Below, piece by piece: positions 1 through 9,665 of a stretch of 47,747 bases of DNA. Location: assembly GCA_021778295.1 (NCBI GenBank), contig JAJYCP010000003.1, positions 1 to 47,747 on the forward strand, read 5' to 3'. A program made the position numbers and the translations under genes. The notes beneath the pieces are model-generated. The model worked only from the letters and a program-made list of their open reading frames with translations. It was not told the DNA's origin and ran no database searches. This stretch comes from a bacterium (GTDB lineage Bacteria > Patescibacteriota > Minisyncoccia > Phycocordibacterales > Phycocordibacteraceae). The number at the start of each line of letters is the position of its first letter. Within the stretch, counting starts at the first letter, position 1.

Positions 1-1584
1 TTCATGTCCACGGGCGGTAAGGTTGTTGCTTGCCGGATCAGAACTCACGATGTTTTTCACATTTTTGCTGCTTTCGCCGTGCCGCATCATGAAGTAGGTA
101 TTTCCCGACTTTTTTGTGTACTTTTTGAGCTCCTCTAAAGAGCCGATGATAACTTGTTCGCCACCATCTGCGCTCTGCCAAATAGGAAGCGGGGTCCCCC
201 AATAACGCTCACGGCTTATCGCCCATTCTTTCGCACCGAGAAGCCACTCGCCCATGCGTCCGTCGCGTATATACGATGGTTCCCAGTTGATTTTTTTATT
301 CTCAGCGACGAGCTTTCCGCGCAAATCGCTCATGCGGATGTACCACGAATCACGAGCGTAGTAGATGAGACGCGTTTTACAGCGCCAGCAGAATGGGTAA
401 CTGTGCTCGTACTTCTCTTTTGAAAAAAGCAGGTTGCGAGCGGCGAGATCCTTCACAATATCGACGGCGAGTTCATCATCTGTGACAGAACGCTTCTCAA
501 GAAAACCGGTGCCTGGAATAAAGGTGCCCTCCGGGGAAACCAAATGTACTTTCGGCAAACCGATGCTGTTTCCCAATTCGAAATCTTCCTGACCGTACAT
601 CACTGCCGTATGCACAATACCGGTGCCGTCCTTGGTCGTGACGAAATCCGCACGATACACTTTATACGCCTTATCGAATTTCGGTTGCTCGTTCTCGCTT
701 GCAAGCGTCTTCGCATACGCGAAGAGCGGCCGGTATTCCCTACCGACGAGCGAGGATACGGGTGCGTCTTCGACGCGTACCCAATCATCGCCGAGCACCT
801 CTTGTGCGCGCGCATCTGCAACGATTACTTTTTCACCGTCTTTTTTATATTTCCCATACGCTATATTCCCGCCTAGTGCGAGCGCAACGTTTCCGGGGAG
901 CGTCCATGGTGTCGTCGTCCACGCGAGAAGAAACGTACCCGGCTCGTCACTAAGCTCGAATTTCGCCGTGACCGTAAGATCTTTTACGTCGGCGTATCCT
1001 TGCGCAAGCTCGTGCGAAGAAAGCGCTGTGCCACAGCGCGGACACCACGGAACTATTTTGTAGTCTTTGTAGAGGCGGCCTTCTTTTGCAATGTGCGCAA
1101 AGAGATGCCACAGCACTTCCATGTATGAAACGTCCAGCGTAAAGTACGCTTTCGTTTCGTCAACCCAATACCCGATGCGTTTGGTGAACTTCGCCCAAAG
1201 TTCAATGTAGCGAAATACGCTCTCCCTGCATTTCTTATTGAAGGCCGCGATGCCATATTTCTCTATATCCTTCTTCCCCGAAAAACCCAATTCCTTCTCG
1301 ACTTCAAGCTCTACGGGGAGACCGTGCGTATCCCATCCTGCCCGTCGCGACACGTGGTACCCGCGCATCGTTTTGTAGCGCGGAATGGCATCCTTAAATG
1401 CGCGGCTCTCCAGATGGTGGATGCCCGGCTTGCCGTTTGCGGTCGGCGGACCTTCATAGAAGACAAATTCGCCCTTGGGGGATTTTTTTGCGAGGGATTT
1501 TTCAAAAATACGTTCGCGCTCCCAGAACGCGAGGATTTCTTCCTCGCGCGCCGCAGCTTCCGATTTCCCAGACCCATCAGCCAT
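1..1584 (-). CDS. ileS: isoleucyl-tRNA synthetase, N-terminal 528 codons (3' part lies beyond the left edge)
   Basis: Absent from the ORF track because it runs off the edge. My minus-strand translation from ATG 1584 gives MADGSGKSEAAAREEEILAFWERERIF..YEGPPTANGKPGIHHLESRAFKDAIPRYKTMRGYHVSRRAGWDTHGLPVE..WCPRCGTALSSHE..RYWGTPLPIW. It stays open to position 1. HIGH-type motif, type-2 IleRS-like. Confidence 0.9.
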   Translation of the reverse strand, partial: MADGSGKSEAAAREEEILAFWERERIFEKSLAKKSPKGEFVFYEGPPTANGKPGIHHLESRAFKDAIPRYKTMRGYHVSRRAGWDTHGLPVELEVEKELGFSGKKDIEKYGIAAFNKKCRESVFRYIELWAKFTKRIGYWVDETKAYFTLDVSYMEVLWHLFAHIAKEGRLYKDYKIVPWCPRCGTALSSHELAQGYADVKDLTVTAKFELSDEPGTFLLAWTTTPWTLPGNVALALGGNIAYGKYKKDGEKVIVADARAQEVLGDDWVRVEDAPVSSLVGREYRPLFAYAKTLASENEQPKFDKAYKVYRADFVTTKDGTGIVHTAVMYGQEDFELGNSIGLPKVHLVSPEGTFIPGTGFLEKRSVTDDELAVDIVKDLAARNLLFSKEKYEHSYPFCWRCKTRLIYYARDSWYIRMSDLRGKLVAENKKINWEPSYIRDGRMGEWLLGAKEWAISRERYWGTPLPIWQSADGGEQVIIGSLEELKKYTKKSGNTYFMMRHGESSKNVKNIVSSDPASNNLTARGHE

Positions 1585-1634
1585 ACCAGCCTATCCTAAC
1601 GTTTGCGGAACAAAAAAGAAACCGGAGGCGCGCG

Positions 1635-3281
1635 CTACATCTTTTCGGGCGCGGGAATACCGAGCAGCGCGAGGCCGTTTATCATCGTGGTGGCGAAGGC
1701 ACGCGCGACTCGCTGTTTATATGTTTCTTCGGGACTGCCGAGTACTTGCTCCGTCGCGTAGAAAGCGTTCCATGCCCCCGCAAGTTCGGTGAGGTAATTC
1801 ACGAGCAGGTTGGGTGCCCGTTCGCGCGCGGCGCGCGCGGCAACTTCCGGATAATGCATTATGAGCCGTTCGATGGCATAGGGCGCGGCAGGAACATTGG
1901 TGCCGGCTTCTCCCCCTGCATACGCAAGAATCTTACGCGCCCGCACGAGCGCATACTGGAGATACGGCCCCGAATCGCCGTCAAGCGAAAGCGATTTCTC
2001 CGGATCGAAGATGATGTCGGAGCCGGGCGTTTGCCGCAAAATCATGTATATGATCGCGCCGAGCGCAACCTGTTCGGCTATGAGCGGGTCGGGATTTTTC
2101 TCTTTCGCCCGCTGTGTCACATCACGGATGAAGTCGGCGGCGGCGATGACATTCCCCTCGCGGGACGACATTTTTCCCGAGACGAGTTTGAGGAAACCGG
2201 TTGCGATGTGCGTGGTCTTCGCCGCAAGCAATGGAGCGATATCGGCAAGCGCCGCAAGTACCGTCTTGAAACGCCCGATCTGCTCGTTGCCGGTGATGAT
2301 GAGTGACGCATCCGAAGGCCATCGTTCCTCCTTCAAGAAAGCGAGTCCGATGTCTTTCGCTTCGTAGGTGGGCGTATCGTGCGACGTGATAAAGACCATC
2401 GTGTGCACGCCTTTCGCCTCGCCGTCGTAGATAATCGCACCGTTGCTCTTTTTGAAAATCCCCTTGGCGAGTCCGTCGCGTACGACACGCATGCCGATCT
2501 CGGTCGTGTCGCTATCGAAAAACTCAAAATCAAAATGTGCACCGAGAAGACGCCATATGCGCCGGAACTCTTCTACCGAAACGGCGCGCCCCTTCCTCCA
2601 GAGTTCCATGAGCACCCGATCTTCACCCGCATAGATAGCCCTATTAAGGGCGTCTATCTCCTCTTTCGCCTGCGGGTCGCTGTCATATGCACGGGAACCT
2701 TCGGCATAAGCCTCGCCGATCTGGCGTGCGCTTTCGGGTTCGCTCACATCGTGTCTTTTGAGCGCCCAGAGCGATTTCGCCACGTTCGGACCGATGTCAC
2801 CGCCAAACGTGGCGCGCGCGAGCGTGGCACCGGCATTCTCAATAAGCCGCGCGAGCGCTTCTCCGACGACGGAGCCGACAAGATGCCCGACATGCATTTC
2901 CTTAAATGCGTTCGGATTGCTGTACTCGATGATGATGCGCATCCTCTCTGCGGCGTTTCCCTTACCCCACGCTACCCCCGCGGCATCCGCTTCGGCTATC
3001 GCAAGAGCTACGGTAGAACGCGAGAGCGTAATGTTCACGAAGCCCGGTCCGGCAACGAGTACCTGCCCGGCATCCTCGCTGAGCTTGTCTTTGAGCAGGT
3101 GCGCGAGTTCCTTTGCGAATTCGTTTGGATTCTTGCCGAGCAAGTTCGCCGCGGCGAGCGCGGCATTGGTCGAATAGTCTCCGAATTTCGCATCGGGCGG
3201 CCGCTCGAGTGCAAACGCGACTTCCGGGGCTCCTGCCTGAAGAAGCGCATCGTCAATCGCCTTTTTAATTCGTTCCTCCAT
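1635..3281 (-). CDS. argS: arginyl-tRNA synthetase
   Basis: ORF 1635..3308. Class I motif region NPNAFKEMHVGHLVG, and C-terminal anticodon-binding region YLQYALVRARKIL..ETYKQRVA..GL. Position 3308 is a TTG. The first ATG is 3281 (MEERIKKAI) and has TGaTACACT 8 nt upstream. Confidence 0.9.
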   Translation of the reverse strand: MEERIKKAIDDALLQAGAPEVAFALERPPDAKFGDYSTNAALAAANLLGKNPNEFAKELAHLLKDKLSEDAGQVLVAGPGFVNITLSRSTVALAIAEADAAGVAWGKGNAAERMRIIIEYSNPNAFKEMHVGHLVGSVVGEALARLIENAGATLARATFGGDIGPNVAKSLWALKRHDVSEPESARQIGEAYAEGSRAYDSDPQAKEEIDALNRAIYAGEDRVLMELWRKGRAVSVEEFRRIWRLLGAHFDFEFFDSDTTEIGMRVVRDGLAKGIFKKSNGAIIYDGEAKGVHTMVFITSHDTPTYEAKDIGLAFLKEERWPSDASLIITGNEQIGRFKTVLAALADIAPLLAAKTTHIATGFLKLVSGKMSSREGNVIAAADFIRDVTQRAKEKNPDPLIAEQVALGAIIYMILRQTPGSDIIFDPEKSLSLDGDSGPYLQYALVRARKILAYAGGEAGTNVPAAPYAIERLIMHYPEVAARAARERAPNLLVNYLTELAGAWNAFYATEQVLGSPEETYKQRVARAFATTMINGLALLGIPAPEKM

Positions 3282-3289
3282 CACAAACG

Positions 3290-3298
3290 AGTGTATCA
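3290..3298 (-). promoter_or_regulatory. extended -10 box TGaTACACT, 8 nt upstream of the argS ATG (leaderless geometry)
   Basis: Read on the minus strand: TGA TACACT CGTTTGTG ATG. No SD and no clear -35. Confidence 0.45.
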
Positions 3299-3300
3299 GA

Positions 3301-4557
3301 TTATGCAAATGACTCGGGAATCGGATGTGCGAGCGCGAGCGTCTTCACCTCCTCTTTTGCAGTCGTTGCGTCTTTCTTCTTTGCGAGCACCTCGCACATG
3401 AGATGCGCGATCTGCGCGGATTCCGCTTCGCGGAATCCGCGCGTGGTCAGCGCCGGCGTGCCGAAGCGGATGCCGGAGGGATCTATCGGTTTACGCGTAT
3501 CATTCGCTATCATGTTCTTGTTCAGCGTGATGCCGGCGCGATCCAAAAGCGACTCGGCTTCGGCGCCTCCGATGCCAAACGACGTCCACGCATCAAGCAG
3601 GATGAGATGATTGTCGGAACCTCCCGCAATCATGCGCACGCCCTCTTCTTTAAACACTCGTTCCATCGCTTTCGTATTCGCAACAATCTGTTTCGCGTAT
3701 CGTACAAATGACGGATGAAGCGCTTCGCCAAAAGCGACCGCTTTCGCGGCAATCTGATGCATGTGCGGGCCCCCTTGAAGCCCGGGGAATACTGCTTTGT
3801 CCACCCGCTTCGCTATTTCTTCGCTCTCTCTCGTGAGAATCATGCCGCCGCGCGGGCCGCGAAGCGTTTTATGAGTCGTGGTAGTCATGAGGTCGAATCC
3901 GAAATCAAAAGGATTTTTCGCTGCTTTCCCGGCGATAAGTCCGGCGATATGCGCGATGTCCATGACCGAGATTGCGCCTACCTCGCGCGCGATGTCAACG
4001 AATGCGCCGTAGTCGAGTTCGCGCGGATAGGCCGAGAATCCCGCAAGGATTATTTTCGGCCGCGCTTCTTTCGCGGCGCGGCGCATGTCGTCGTAGTCGA
4101 TTTCGCCCGTCTCGATATTTTTCATTCCATACCGCACGAAATTGAAAATCTTGGTGAGATACGTTACCGGATGGCCGTGCGTGAGGTGCCCGCCGTGCGA
4201 CAGATCCATGCCGAGAACGGTGTCTCCCGGCGAAAGCAGCGCCATGTACATGGCGATATTCGCATTTGCACCGCCTAAGGGCTGCACGTTTGCATATGCC
4301 GCGCCGAAAAGCTTTTTCGCGCGCAGGATGGCGAGTGTTTCCACCTGGTCCGTAAACTCCTGCCCGCCGTAGTAGCGCTTGCCCGGATACCCTTCGGAAT
4401 ATTTATTTGTGAGCGATGACGCCATCGCCTCTTTCACTGCGCGCGAGACGTAATTTTCGGAAGGAATCAGTTCCAATCCTTCCGCTTGCCGCTTTTCTTC
4501 CCCGGCTATCGCCGCAAACAGCTCCGGGTCTTCTTTTTCGAGAAATGGGAACTCCAT
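3301..4557 (-). CDS. glyA: serine hydroxymethyltransferase
   Basis: ELIPSENYVSRAV and the PLP-lysine motif TTTTHKTLRGPRGG. Trimmed to MEFPFLEKEDPELFAAI (ATG 4557), because the longer ORF start overlaps tmk. Confidence 0.92.
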   Translation of the reverse strand: MEFPFLEKEDPELFAAIAGEEKRQAEGLELIPSENYVSRAVKEAMASSLTNKYSEGYPGKRYYGGQEFTDQVETLAILRAKKLFGAAYANVQPLGGANANIAMYMALLSPGDTVLGMDLSHGGHLTHGHPVTYLTKIFNFVRYGMKNIETGEIDYDDMRRAAKEARPKIILAGFSAYPRELDYGAFVDIAREVGAISVMDIAHIAGLIAGKAAKNPFDFGFDLMTTTTHKTLRGPRGGMILTRESEEIAKRVDKAVFPGLQGGPHMHQIAAKAVAFGEALHPSFVRYAKQIVANTKAMERVFKEEGVRMIAGGSDNHLILLDAWTSFGIGGAEAESLLDRAGITLNKNMIANDTRKPIDPSGIRFGTPALTTRGFREAESAQIAHLMCEVLAKKKDATTAKEEVKTLALAHPIPESFA

Positions 4558-4564
4558 GGAGGCG

Positions 4565-4573
4565 AGTGTAGCA
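4565..4573 (-). promoter_or_regulatory. extended -10 box TGcTACACT, 7 nt upstream of the glyA ATG
   Basis: Minus strand reads TGC TACACT CGCCTCC ATG. No SD. Confidence 0.45.
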
Positions 4574-4615
4574 GAAATAAAATCCCGGCGCTCCTGCGGC
4601 GCGCCGGGATACCGC

Positions 4616-5257
4616 CTAAGCGGCGAATTCCTTCGCAAGAATCTCTTTCACTGAGCGGTGCACATCTTCCCGGGACTGCATCGCATCCACAAAAACGACC
4701 GGATAGTGCTGTGCGAATTTTCGGAATCCGGTCTGTACTCTTTCGTAATAGTTCAGATTGCGAAGGTCGAAGCGGTTTTGCACGCGCCGCGGGTCGCGCA
4801 ACGCCCGTTCGCGGGCAACGTGAGCTGGCAAGTCAAAGACGATGTAGCGATCCGGCTGCCGTCGTCCGTTGCCTTCGGCAAATACGAGCTCCCGCGTGCA
4901 GGTGAAAACATCAAGAAGTTCTTCGTGCTCTTCGCCGTGGAGTTGGAAAGCATACGTGGACGAGTCACCGCGATCCGAAAACACATGCTTCCCTGACCGG
5001 AGCGCCGGCACAACGAGATTCTGTTGGAGCTCTTCTCGTGCCGCCATAAAGAGAAGAAAATTATTGAGCGGTGTCGATTTTCCTGCGAGTGGGTTGTCGA
5101 GTGCGAGCGTTCGTATCTCTTCGGCAAACGGCGTTCCGCCGGGTTCCCGGGTAAAAACGACCGAATCGCCGAACGTCTCCTGTAGGAGCTTCATTTGGGT
5201 ACCCTTCCCCGACCCGTCCATGCCGTCAAACACGATGTACTTCGGATTAGTTTTCAT
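4616..5257 (-). CDS. tmk: thymidylate kinase
   Basis: P-loop FDGMDGSGKGTQ, FTREPGGT, and DR-type motif FSDRGDSS. 213 aa. Confidence 0.9.
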   Translation of the reverse strand: MKTNPKYIVFDGMDGSGKGTQMKLLQETFGDSVVFTREPGGTPFAEEIRTLALDNPLAGKSTPLNNFLLFMAAREELQQNLVVPALRSGKHVFSDRGDSSTYAFQLHGEEHEELLDVFTCTRELVFAEGNGRRQPDRYIVFDLPAHVARERALRDPRRVQNRFDLRNLNYYERVQTGFRKFAQHYPVVFVDAMQSREDVHRSVKEILAKEFAA

Positions 5258-5306
5258 CGGAGAACTCTTTTGTAGTTAGTCCTGGATTATCTTACAGGAA
5301 ATCGGG

Positions 5307-5345
5307 AAGAAAAGAAGAAGCCCGCAGCGGAAAACCGCTGCGGGC
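5307..5345 (-). terminator. intrinsic terminator downstream of dcd
   Basis: Hairpin gcccgcagcgg-aaaa-ccgctgcgggc (5320-5345), followed on the minus strand by ttcttcttttcttc. Confidence 0.6.
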
Positions 5346-5362
5346 CTGAGTCAGATGACTCA

Positions 5363-6448
5363 TCACCTCTTGAAATGTTTCGATAATCGGGCAGTGTGTT
5401 GATCGACGTAGTTCGAAACCGCGGCGTCATACACTGTTTCCGGTATTTCTTTCATGTACTCGTACCGGATTCGAGCGACCATCTGTCCGTCGCGCACGAG
5501 CATATCCTCCTGTGGAATAACTTCGAGCGTAATCGGACGACCGCGCTCTTCTCCATTTTTTCCATATCCCCAACCCGGGTCGATGTACCCGGCCGCATGC
5601 GACCGAAATTCGCCAAGCCGTGGGTCGATCGCGCGCAGTTCCGCCGAGAGGTTCGGCGGTACCAGGACGCGCTCGCGGGTCGTGAGGATATAGAAGCCTC
5701 CCTTGTGCAAGATGTATCTGCCGTTCGTGGCATTGATCGGCTCGAAGAAGTCGCGAGGATCGTAATAATCCTTCTGACTCATGTCGAGCACTTTCCGTGT
5801 CCCATGACATTCCCACCCCATATTCTCCCCCACTTGCAACGTGAGCAGAAACGAGTTGGTGTGCCGTCGCGCCTCGCCGAGAGACAATTTCTTACCTTCC
5901 CCGTCAAAGAGGAGACCGTGTTGCTCTATCGCGAGCTCGGTGTGCAGGTCGTCAAGAAACGACTTTCCGTCGAAGAATCGCATTTGCGAAACGGCGAGAC
6001 CGGGATGAACAAGAACCGGAAAATAATCCGGCCTGGCCAGTACCCACTGTTCGCCCTTCCACCCAGTGCCGACGAGCGCATCGTATATATCGACACCATC
6101 TGCGACTATCCTGCAGAAGAAACCGTTGCGGCCTGTCGAAGACTTCGGATTCGCATAGCCGTACACTATGCTGGGGAGCCTCCATTCTCCTTCGATGCGG
6201 ATGAGATATGGCACACCGACTTCGAGCGGGTTGTCGAAGTTGTGTCGCGTTGCGCCGACGCACAGCAAGAGATCGCGCACTGTCTCGTTTGCGAGCGGCA
6301 AGAAGATGCTTTCAAGCCGATACGCTTCGTTGGCGAGCGGCAAATCAATTGATGCTGGATTGAGATAACGCTCATCAATGCCTTTGATATGACCGCTGGA
6401 ACAAAGCTCTCGAAGCATCTGCTTCGGTAGGACACCTATTCTCGACAT
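5363..6448 (-). CDS. dcd: long-form (about 360 aa, tandem-fold) dCTP deaminase-like protein
   Basis: Two dUTPase/dCTP-deaminase-like halves: ANPKSSTGRNGFFCRIV in the first and HAAGYIDPGWGYG..GRPITLEVIP in the second. Resembles the 2'-deoxycytidine 5'-triphosphate deaminase (DCD) family as I recall it. SD AAGGAG 7 nt upstream of the ATG. Confidence 0.7.
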   Translation of the reverse strand: MSRIGVLPKQMLRELCSSGHIKGIDERYLNPASIDLPLANEAYRLESIFLPLANETVRDLLLCVGATRHNFDNPLEVGVPYLIRIEGEWRLPSIVYGYANPKSSTGRNGFFCRIVADGVDIYDALVGTGWKGEQWVLARPDYFPVLVHPGLAVSQMRFFDGKSFLDDLHTELAIEQHGLLFDGEGKKLSLGEARRHTNSFLLTLQVGENMGWECHGTRKVLDMSQKDYYDPRDFFEPINATNGRYILHKGGFYILTTRERVLVPPNLSAELRAIDPRLGEFRSHAAGYIDPGWGYGKNGEERGRPITLEVIPQEDMLVRDGQMVARIRYEYMKEIPETVYDAAVSNYVDQHTARLSKHFKR

Positions 6449-6549
6449 GATGCTTCTCCTTTCCTGTTGGTTTCGGTTTGTACAATCTGCCGGAACTCTA
6501 CGCGCCTAGGGCGCAGAAAGCAATCCGGCAAAGACAAGAGGAGGCGATG

Positions 6550-6583
6550 AAAATAAAACGCGGCGGAACGAATGTTCCGCCGC
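6550..6583 (-). terminator. intrinsic terminator downstream of thyA
   Basis: Hairpin gcggcggaac-gaat-gttccgccgc (6560-6583), followed on the minus strand by gttttatttt. Confidence 0.6.
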
Positions 6584-6606
6584 AAAAAAAACAAAAGAGC
6601 TTGCGC

Positions 6607-7452
6607 TTACACCGCCACAGGCGCCGGGATTGTCGGATGCGGATTGTACCCTATGAGGGTGAAATCCTCGTACGCGAAATCGAAGATGTTCTGCGCAAAT
6701 CCGTTCAACACGAGGCGCGGGAGAGGTCGCGGATCGCGTGCGAGCTGTAGCTTTGCCTGATCCAGGTGGTTGAGGTACAAGTGCACGTCTCCGCCGGTCC
6801 AGACAAACTCGCCTGGCTGGTACCCCGTCACTTGCGCAACCATCATGGTGAGAAGCGCGTAGGAAGCGATGTTGAACGGAACGCCGAGGAATACATCGCA
6901 ACTTCGCTGATACAGCTGGCACGAGAGTTTGCCGTCCGCCACATAAAACTGAAAGAAACAGTGGCACGGGGGCAGTTTCATCTTCGGAACATCAGCCGGA
7001 TTCCACGCAGTGACGATGAGCCGGCGGTCATCCGGTTTCGTCTTGATGCGCTCGATGACTTCGGCGATCTGGTCAATAGGCCGATTTTCCATCCGATCCG
7101 GTTCCCAGTCCGTTGCGCCGGCATGACCAGGGACCAGAACCCAATTAGGCCATGAGCGCCACTGGTACCCGTACACGGGGCCCAATTCGCCGTTCTCGTC
7201 CGCCCATTCGTCCCAGATATGCACGCCGTTCTCCTGCAAGTAACGGATATTCGTCTCGCCTTTCAAAAACCAGAGCAGTTCGTGGATGATGAGCTTGAGG
7301 GGTACTTTCTTCGTGGTGAGAAGCGGAAATCCGTCAGCGAGATTGAAGCGCATTTGGTAACCGAAGACGCTCAGCGTTCCGGTTCCGGTCCGATCGGTCT
7401 TCTGTACGCCATGGTCAAGAATGTGCCGTTGTAAATCAAGGTACTGTTTCAT
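6607..7452 (-). CDS. thyA: thymidylate synthase (ThyA type)
   Basis: [69 protein letters not shown]-type C-terminus. Trimmed from ORF 6607..7602 to MKQYL. AGGAGAA SD just upstream. The adjacent ATG at 7455 is also possible. Confidence 0.93.
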   Translation of the reverse strand: MKQYLDLQRHILDHGVQKTDRTGTGTLSVFGYQMRFNLADGFPLLTTKKVPLKLIIHELLWFLKGETNIRYLQENGVHIWDEWADENGELGPVYGYQWRSWPNWVLVPGHAGATDWEPDRMENRPIDQIAEVIERIKTKPDDRRLIVTAWNPADVPKMKLPPCHCFFQFYVADGKLSCQLYQRSCDVFLGVPFNIASYALLTMMVAQVTGYQPGEFVWTGGDVHLYLNHLDQAKLQLARDPRPLPRLVLNGFAQNIFDFAYEDFTLIGYNPHPTIPAPVAV

Positions 7453-7574
7453 CATTTTCTCCTGATCGATTGGGTTAGTCCGAAGGCACTTTACTCTCAA
7501 TACAAGAGCGGCGCAATATTGACACCAGACCTCCACCAAGAGAGGATAAGCTCGGTATTTCAAAGGAGAGTAAG

Positions 7575-8099
7575 ATGAAGACGCCACAAATTGATCTTTC
7601 ACTCATCGTAGCAATGACTCTTGATGGAGTCATCGGACGCGACAATGCCCTTCCGTGGCGAATCCCGAGCGATATTCAGCGATTTAAGAGACTTACCACA
7701 GGGCATCCGGTCATCATGGGACGCAAGAACTGGGAATCGATTCCTCTGCAGTTTCGCCCGCTCGTTGACCGCACCAACATCGTCGTAACCCACCAAGATG
7801 GTTATACGGCTTCCGGTGCGGTAGTCACGAACTCTATCGAGGAGGCATACGCTGCAGCGGCACGAGCTGTCGGTTCCGTTGAGACGTTCGTCATCGGTGG
7901 AGAGGAGATCTACCGACAGTTCCTTCCGTTCGTACAGAAAGCGTACATTACAAAAATTCACGCTTCAGTAGCTGGCGACACTTATTTCCCGCACATGAGA
8001 ATGGACGATTGGCGATGCGCGGATATCCCGAGCGGTCCGCCACACCCGAAAGATGAATACCCTACATCGTTCCACATCTACGAACGAGTGGTGACATGA
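7575..8099 (+). CDS. folA: dihydrofolate reductase
   Basis: [55 protein letters not shown] upstream. Divergent from thyA. Confidence 0.9.
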   Translation: MKTPQIDLSLIVAMTLDGVIGRDNALPWRIPSDIQRFKRLTTGHPVIMGRKNWESIPLQFRPLVDRTNIVVTHQDGYTASGAVVTNSIEEAYAAAARAVGSVETFVIGGEEIYRQFLPFVQKAYITKIHASVAGDTYFPHMRMDDWRCADIPSGPPHPKDEYPTSFHIYERVVT

Positions 8100-8113
8100 C
8101 CTGCAGTATATTC

Positions 8114-8146
8114 AAAACGGCGCTTCACGGCGCCGTTTTTCTTTTT
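8114..8146 (+). terminator. intrinsic terminator after folA
   Basis: acggcgc-ttcacg-gcgccgt stem flanked by an A-run and a T-run (tttttcttttt). Confidence 0.6.
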
Positions 8147-8244
8147 ACAAAATCTTTATTCCATATCCCACTCACGCATAATTTTCTGCTGAAAATTTGC
8201 GCGGGCCTGCCTCGGCTCGTCAGCCTCCGGCTGGTGGACGTTAT

Positions 8245-8664
8245 TTATTTAACGTCCACCCCCATCGAGCGCGCGGTGCCCTCGATGATGCGTGCTGCGG
8301 CTTCGGGACTTCCGGCATTCATATCCGGCATCTTTTCCGCCACGATCTCGGCGACCTGCGCCCTGGTGAGCGTGCCCGCTTTTTGCTGCGGTGTTTTACT
8401 CGAGCCCTTCTCGATGCCAAGCGCCTTCAGAATAAGGCGCGAGGCGGGCGGATTCTTCAGAATAAAGGTAAACGACCGGTCATCGTACACCGACAATTCA
8501 ACCGGTATGATGATTCCTCTCTTCTCTTTCGTCGCTTCGTTGAACTGGGTGACGAACTGACCGATGTTTACGCCCGCGGGACCGAGTACGGTACCGACCG
8601 GAGGAGCCGGCGTCGCTGCGCCGCCCGGGATCTGGAGCTTTATCTTTTTTACTACGGTAGCCAT
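8245..8664 (-). CDS. rplK: ribosomal protein L11
   Basis: [34 protein letters not shown]. 139 aa. No rplA follows it here. Confidence 0.95.
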   Translation of the reverse strand: MATVVKKIKLQIPGGAATPAPPVGTVLGPAGVNIGQFVTQFNEATKEKRGIIIPVELSVYDDRSFTFILKNPPASRLILKALGIEKGSSKTPQQKAGTLTRAQVAEIVAEKMPDMNAGSPEAAARIIEGTARSMGVDVK

Positions 8665-8683
8665 AGGTATGTGCGACTGTACC

Positions 8684-9325
8684 TTAGAGTTTCCTTATTT
8701 GCAAAAAATCCAACTCGACGGGCGTCTCGCGTCCGAACATCGAGACCATGACTTTCACCTTTCCGCGATCTTCATCGATCTCGCCCACTTTGCCTTCAAG
8801 ATCTTTGAAAGGACCGTCGGCAATGACAATTGGATCATCTTTCACGAGATCAATGCGGTGTTTCGGCGCCTCAGCCGTCATGCGCTTCATGAGCGACGCG
8901 ACTTCGGTCTCCTCCATCGGTACCGGCGTGTTGCCGGAACCGACAAAACCGGTAACGCGCGGCGTATTTCGGACGACAAACCAAGAATCGTCATCGACAA
9001 TCATGCGCACGAGAATGTAGCCCGGATAAATCTTTTCTTCCTCGATAACGCGCTTGCCGCCTTTGACGCGGATTTTCTTCTCGGTCGGGACAATCACTTT
9101 GAATATCTTCCCTTCCATGCCGAGAGATTCAATACGCTGTTTGAGATTGCGTTCCACGGCGTTTTCGTATCCGGCGTAGGTGTGTATGGTATACCAGCGC
9201 GCATCTTCCTCGCGAAGCGCCGTTTCGTCGCGTATTTCTTTGCGCAATGACGGCGCAATGTCCGCCATGCCTGCTCCTTCTGGTACGTCTGTTCCCACGT
9301 TCTGTCCGTATTCTATTTCATCCAT
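8684..9325 (-). CDS. nusG: transcription termination/antitermination factor NusG, with an acidic N-terminal extension
   Basis: [12 protein letters not shown] (NGN domain) and a C-terminal KOW domain ([35 protein letters not shown]). Sits in the conserved secE-nusG-rplK order. Confidence 0.9.
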   Translation of the reverse strand: MDEIEYGQNVGTDVPEGAGMADIAPSLRKEIRDETALREEDARWYTIHTYAGYENAVERNLKQRIESLGMEGKIFKVIVPTEKKIRVKGGKRVIEEEKIYPGYILVRMIVDDDSWFVVRNTPRVTGFVGSGNTPVPMEETEVASLMKRMTAEAPKHRIDLVKDDPIVIADGPFKDLEGKVGEIDEDRGKVKVMVSMFGRETPVELDFLQIRKL

Positions 9326-9337
9326 ATGTAGAAAGGA

Positions 9338-9523
9338 TTAACCGCCGGCGATGCGACTCACCACGGAACCGAATAGGTAGTCGAGAAGACTTATGAGAAC
9401 CGCCATCACAACCGCGATGAAGATGACAACCAGCGTATGCGCAAGCGCTGTGCGATTCGTCGGCCAGACGATGTGGGCGAACTCCTCACGAACATGTTTC
9501 AGATAGGTTATGAGTGCGTACAT
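9338..9523 (-). CDS. secE: preprotein translocase subunit SecE
   Basis: YLKHVREEFAHIVWPT followed by a single TM segment, immediately upstream of nusG. ORF start 9541 is a TTG, so I use ATG 9523. Confidence 0.75.
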   Translation of the reverse strand: MYALITYLKHVREEFAHIVWPTNRTALAHTLVVIFIAVVMAVLISLLDYLFGSVVSRIAGG

Positions 9524-9607
9524 GCAAGGGTTGCTTGGCAAATAAAAAAGCCCTGCGGGCTTTCAATACCGGGAGCATAGTACAAAGGAAAAGCTGCGTC
9601 AAGCATA

Positions 9608-9635
9608 TTGACAATCTCCACTTGGGTGATATGAC
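9608..9635 (+). promoter_or_regulatory. candidate sigma70-type promoter for the 9769 lipoprotein gene
   Basis: TTGACA, a 16-nt spacer, then TGaTATGAC (extended -10). Confidence 0.4.
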
Positions 9636-9665
9636 TTGGTTCGGAAGGTTATGCGAGATCGGATG

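Noticed and set aside
1398-2306. Long ORFs antisense to or out of frame with strong genes: 1398..2306, 2379..3401, 5396..6352, 8564..9250, 10455..11156, 13358..13969, 14883..15455, 24329..24934, 30196..30759, 30841..31422, 31760..32640, 33694..34293, 35081..35980.
   Set aside because: Each lies entirely within a gene that has clear family motifs. Their translations are Arg/Ser/Pro/Ala-rich and low in complexity, as expected for spurious frames in 55-60% GC DNA.
6607-7602. Full-length ORF with 50 extra N-terminal residues on ThyA. The same issue applies to polA (34967), glyA (4638) and the 11125..12015 ORF.
   Set aside because: The conserved N-termini (MKQYL.., MAKKQKKRIVLLD.., MEFPFLEKEDPELF.., MKSFLL..) start at internal ATGs with better initiation signals. 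The extensions overlap neighbouring genes or cross promoters.
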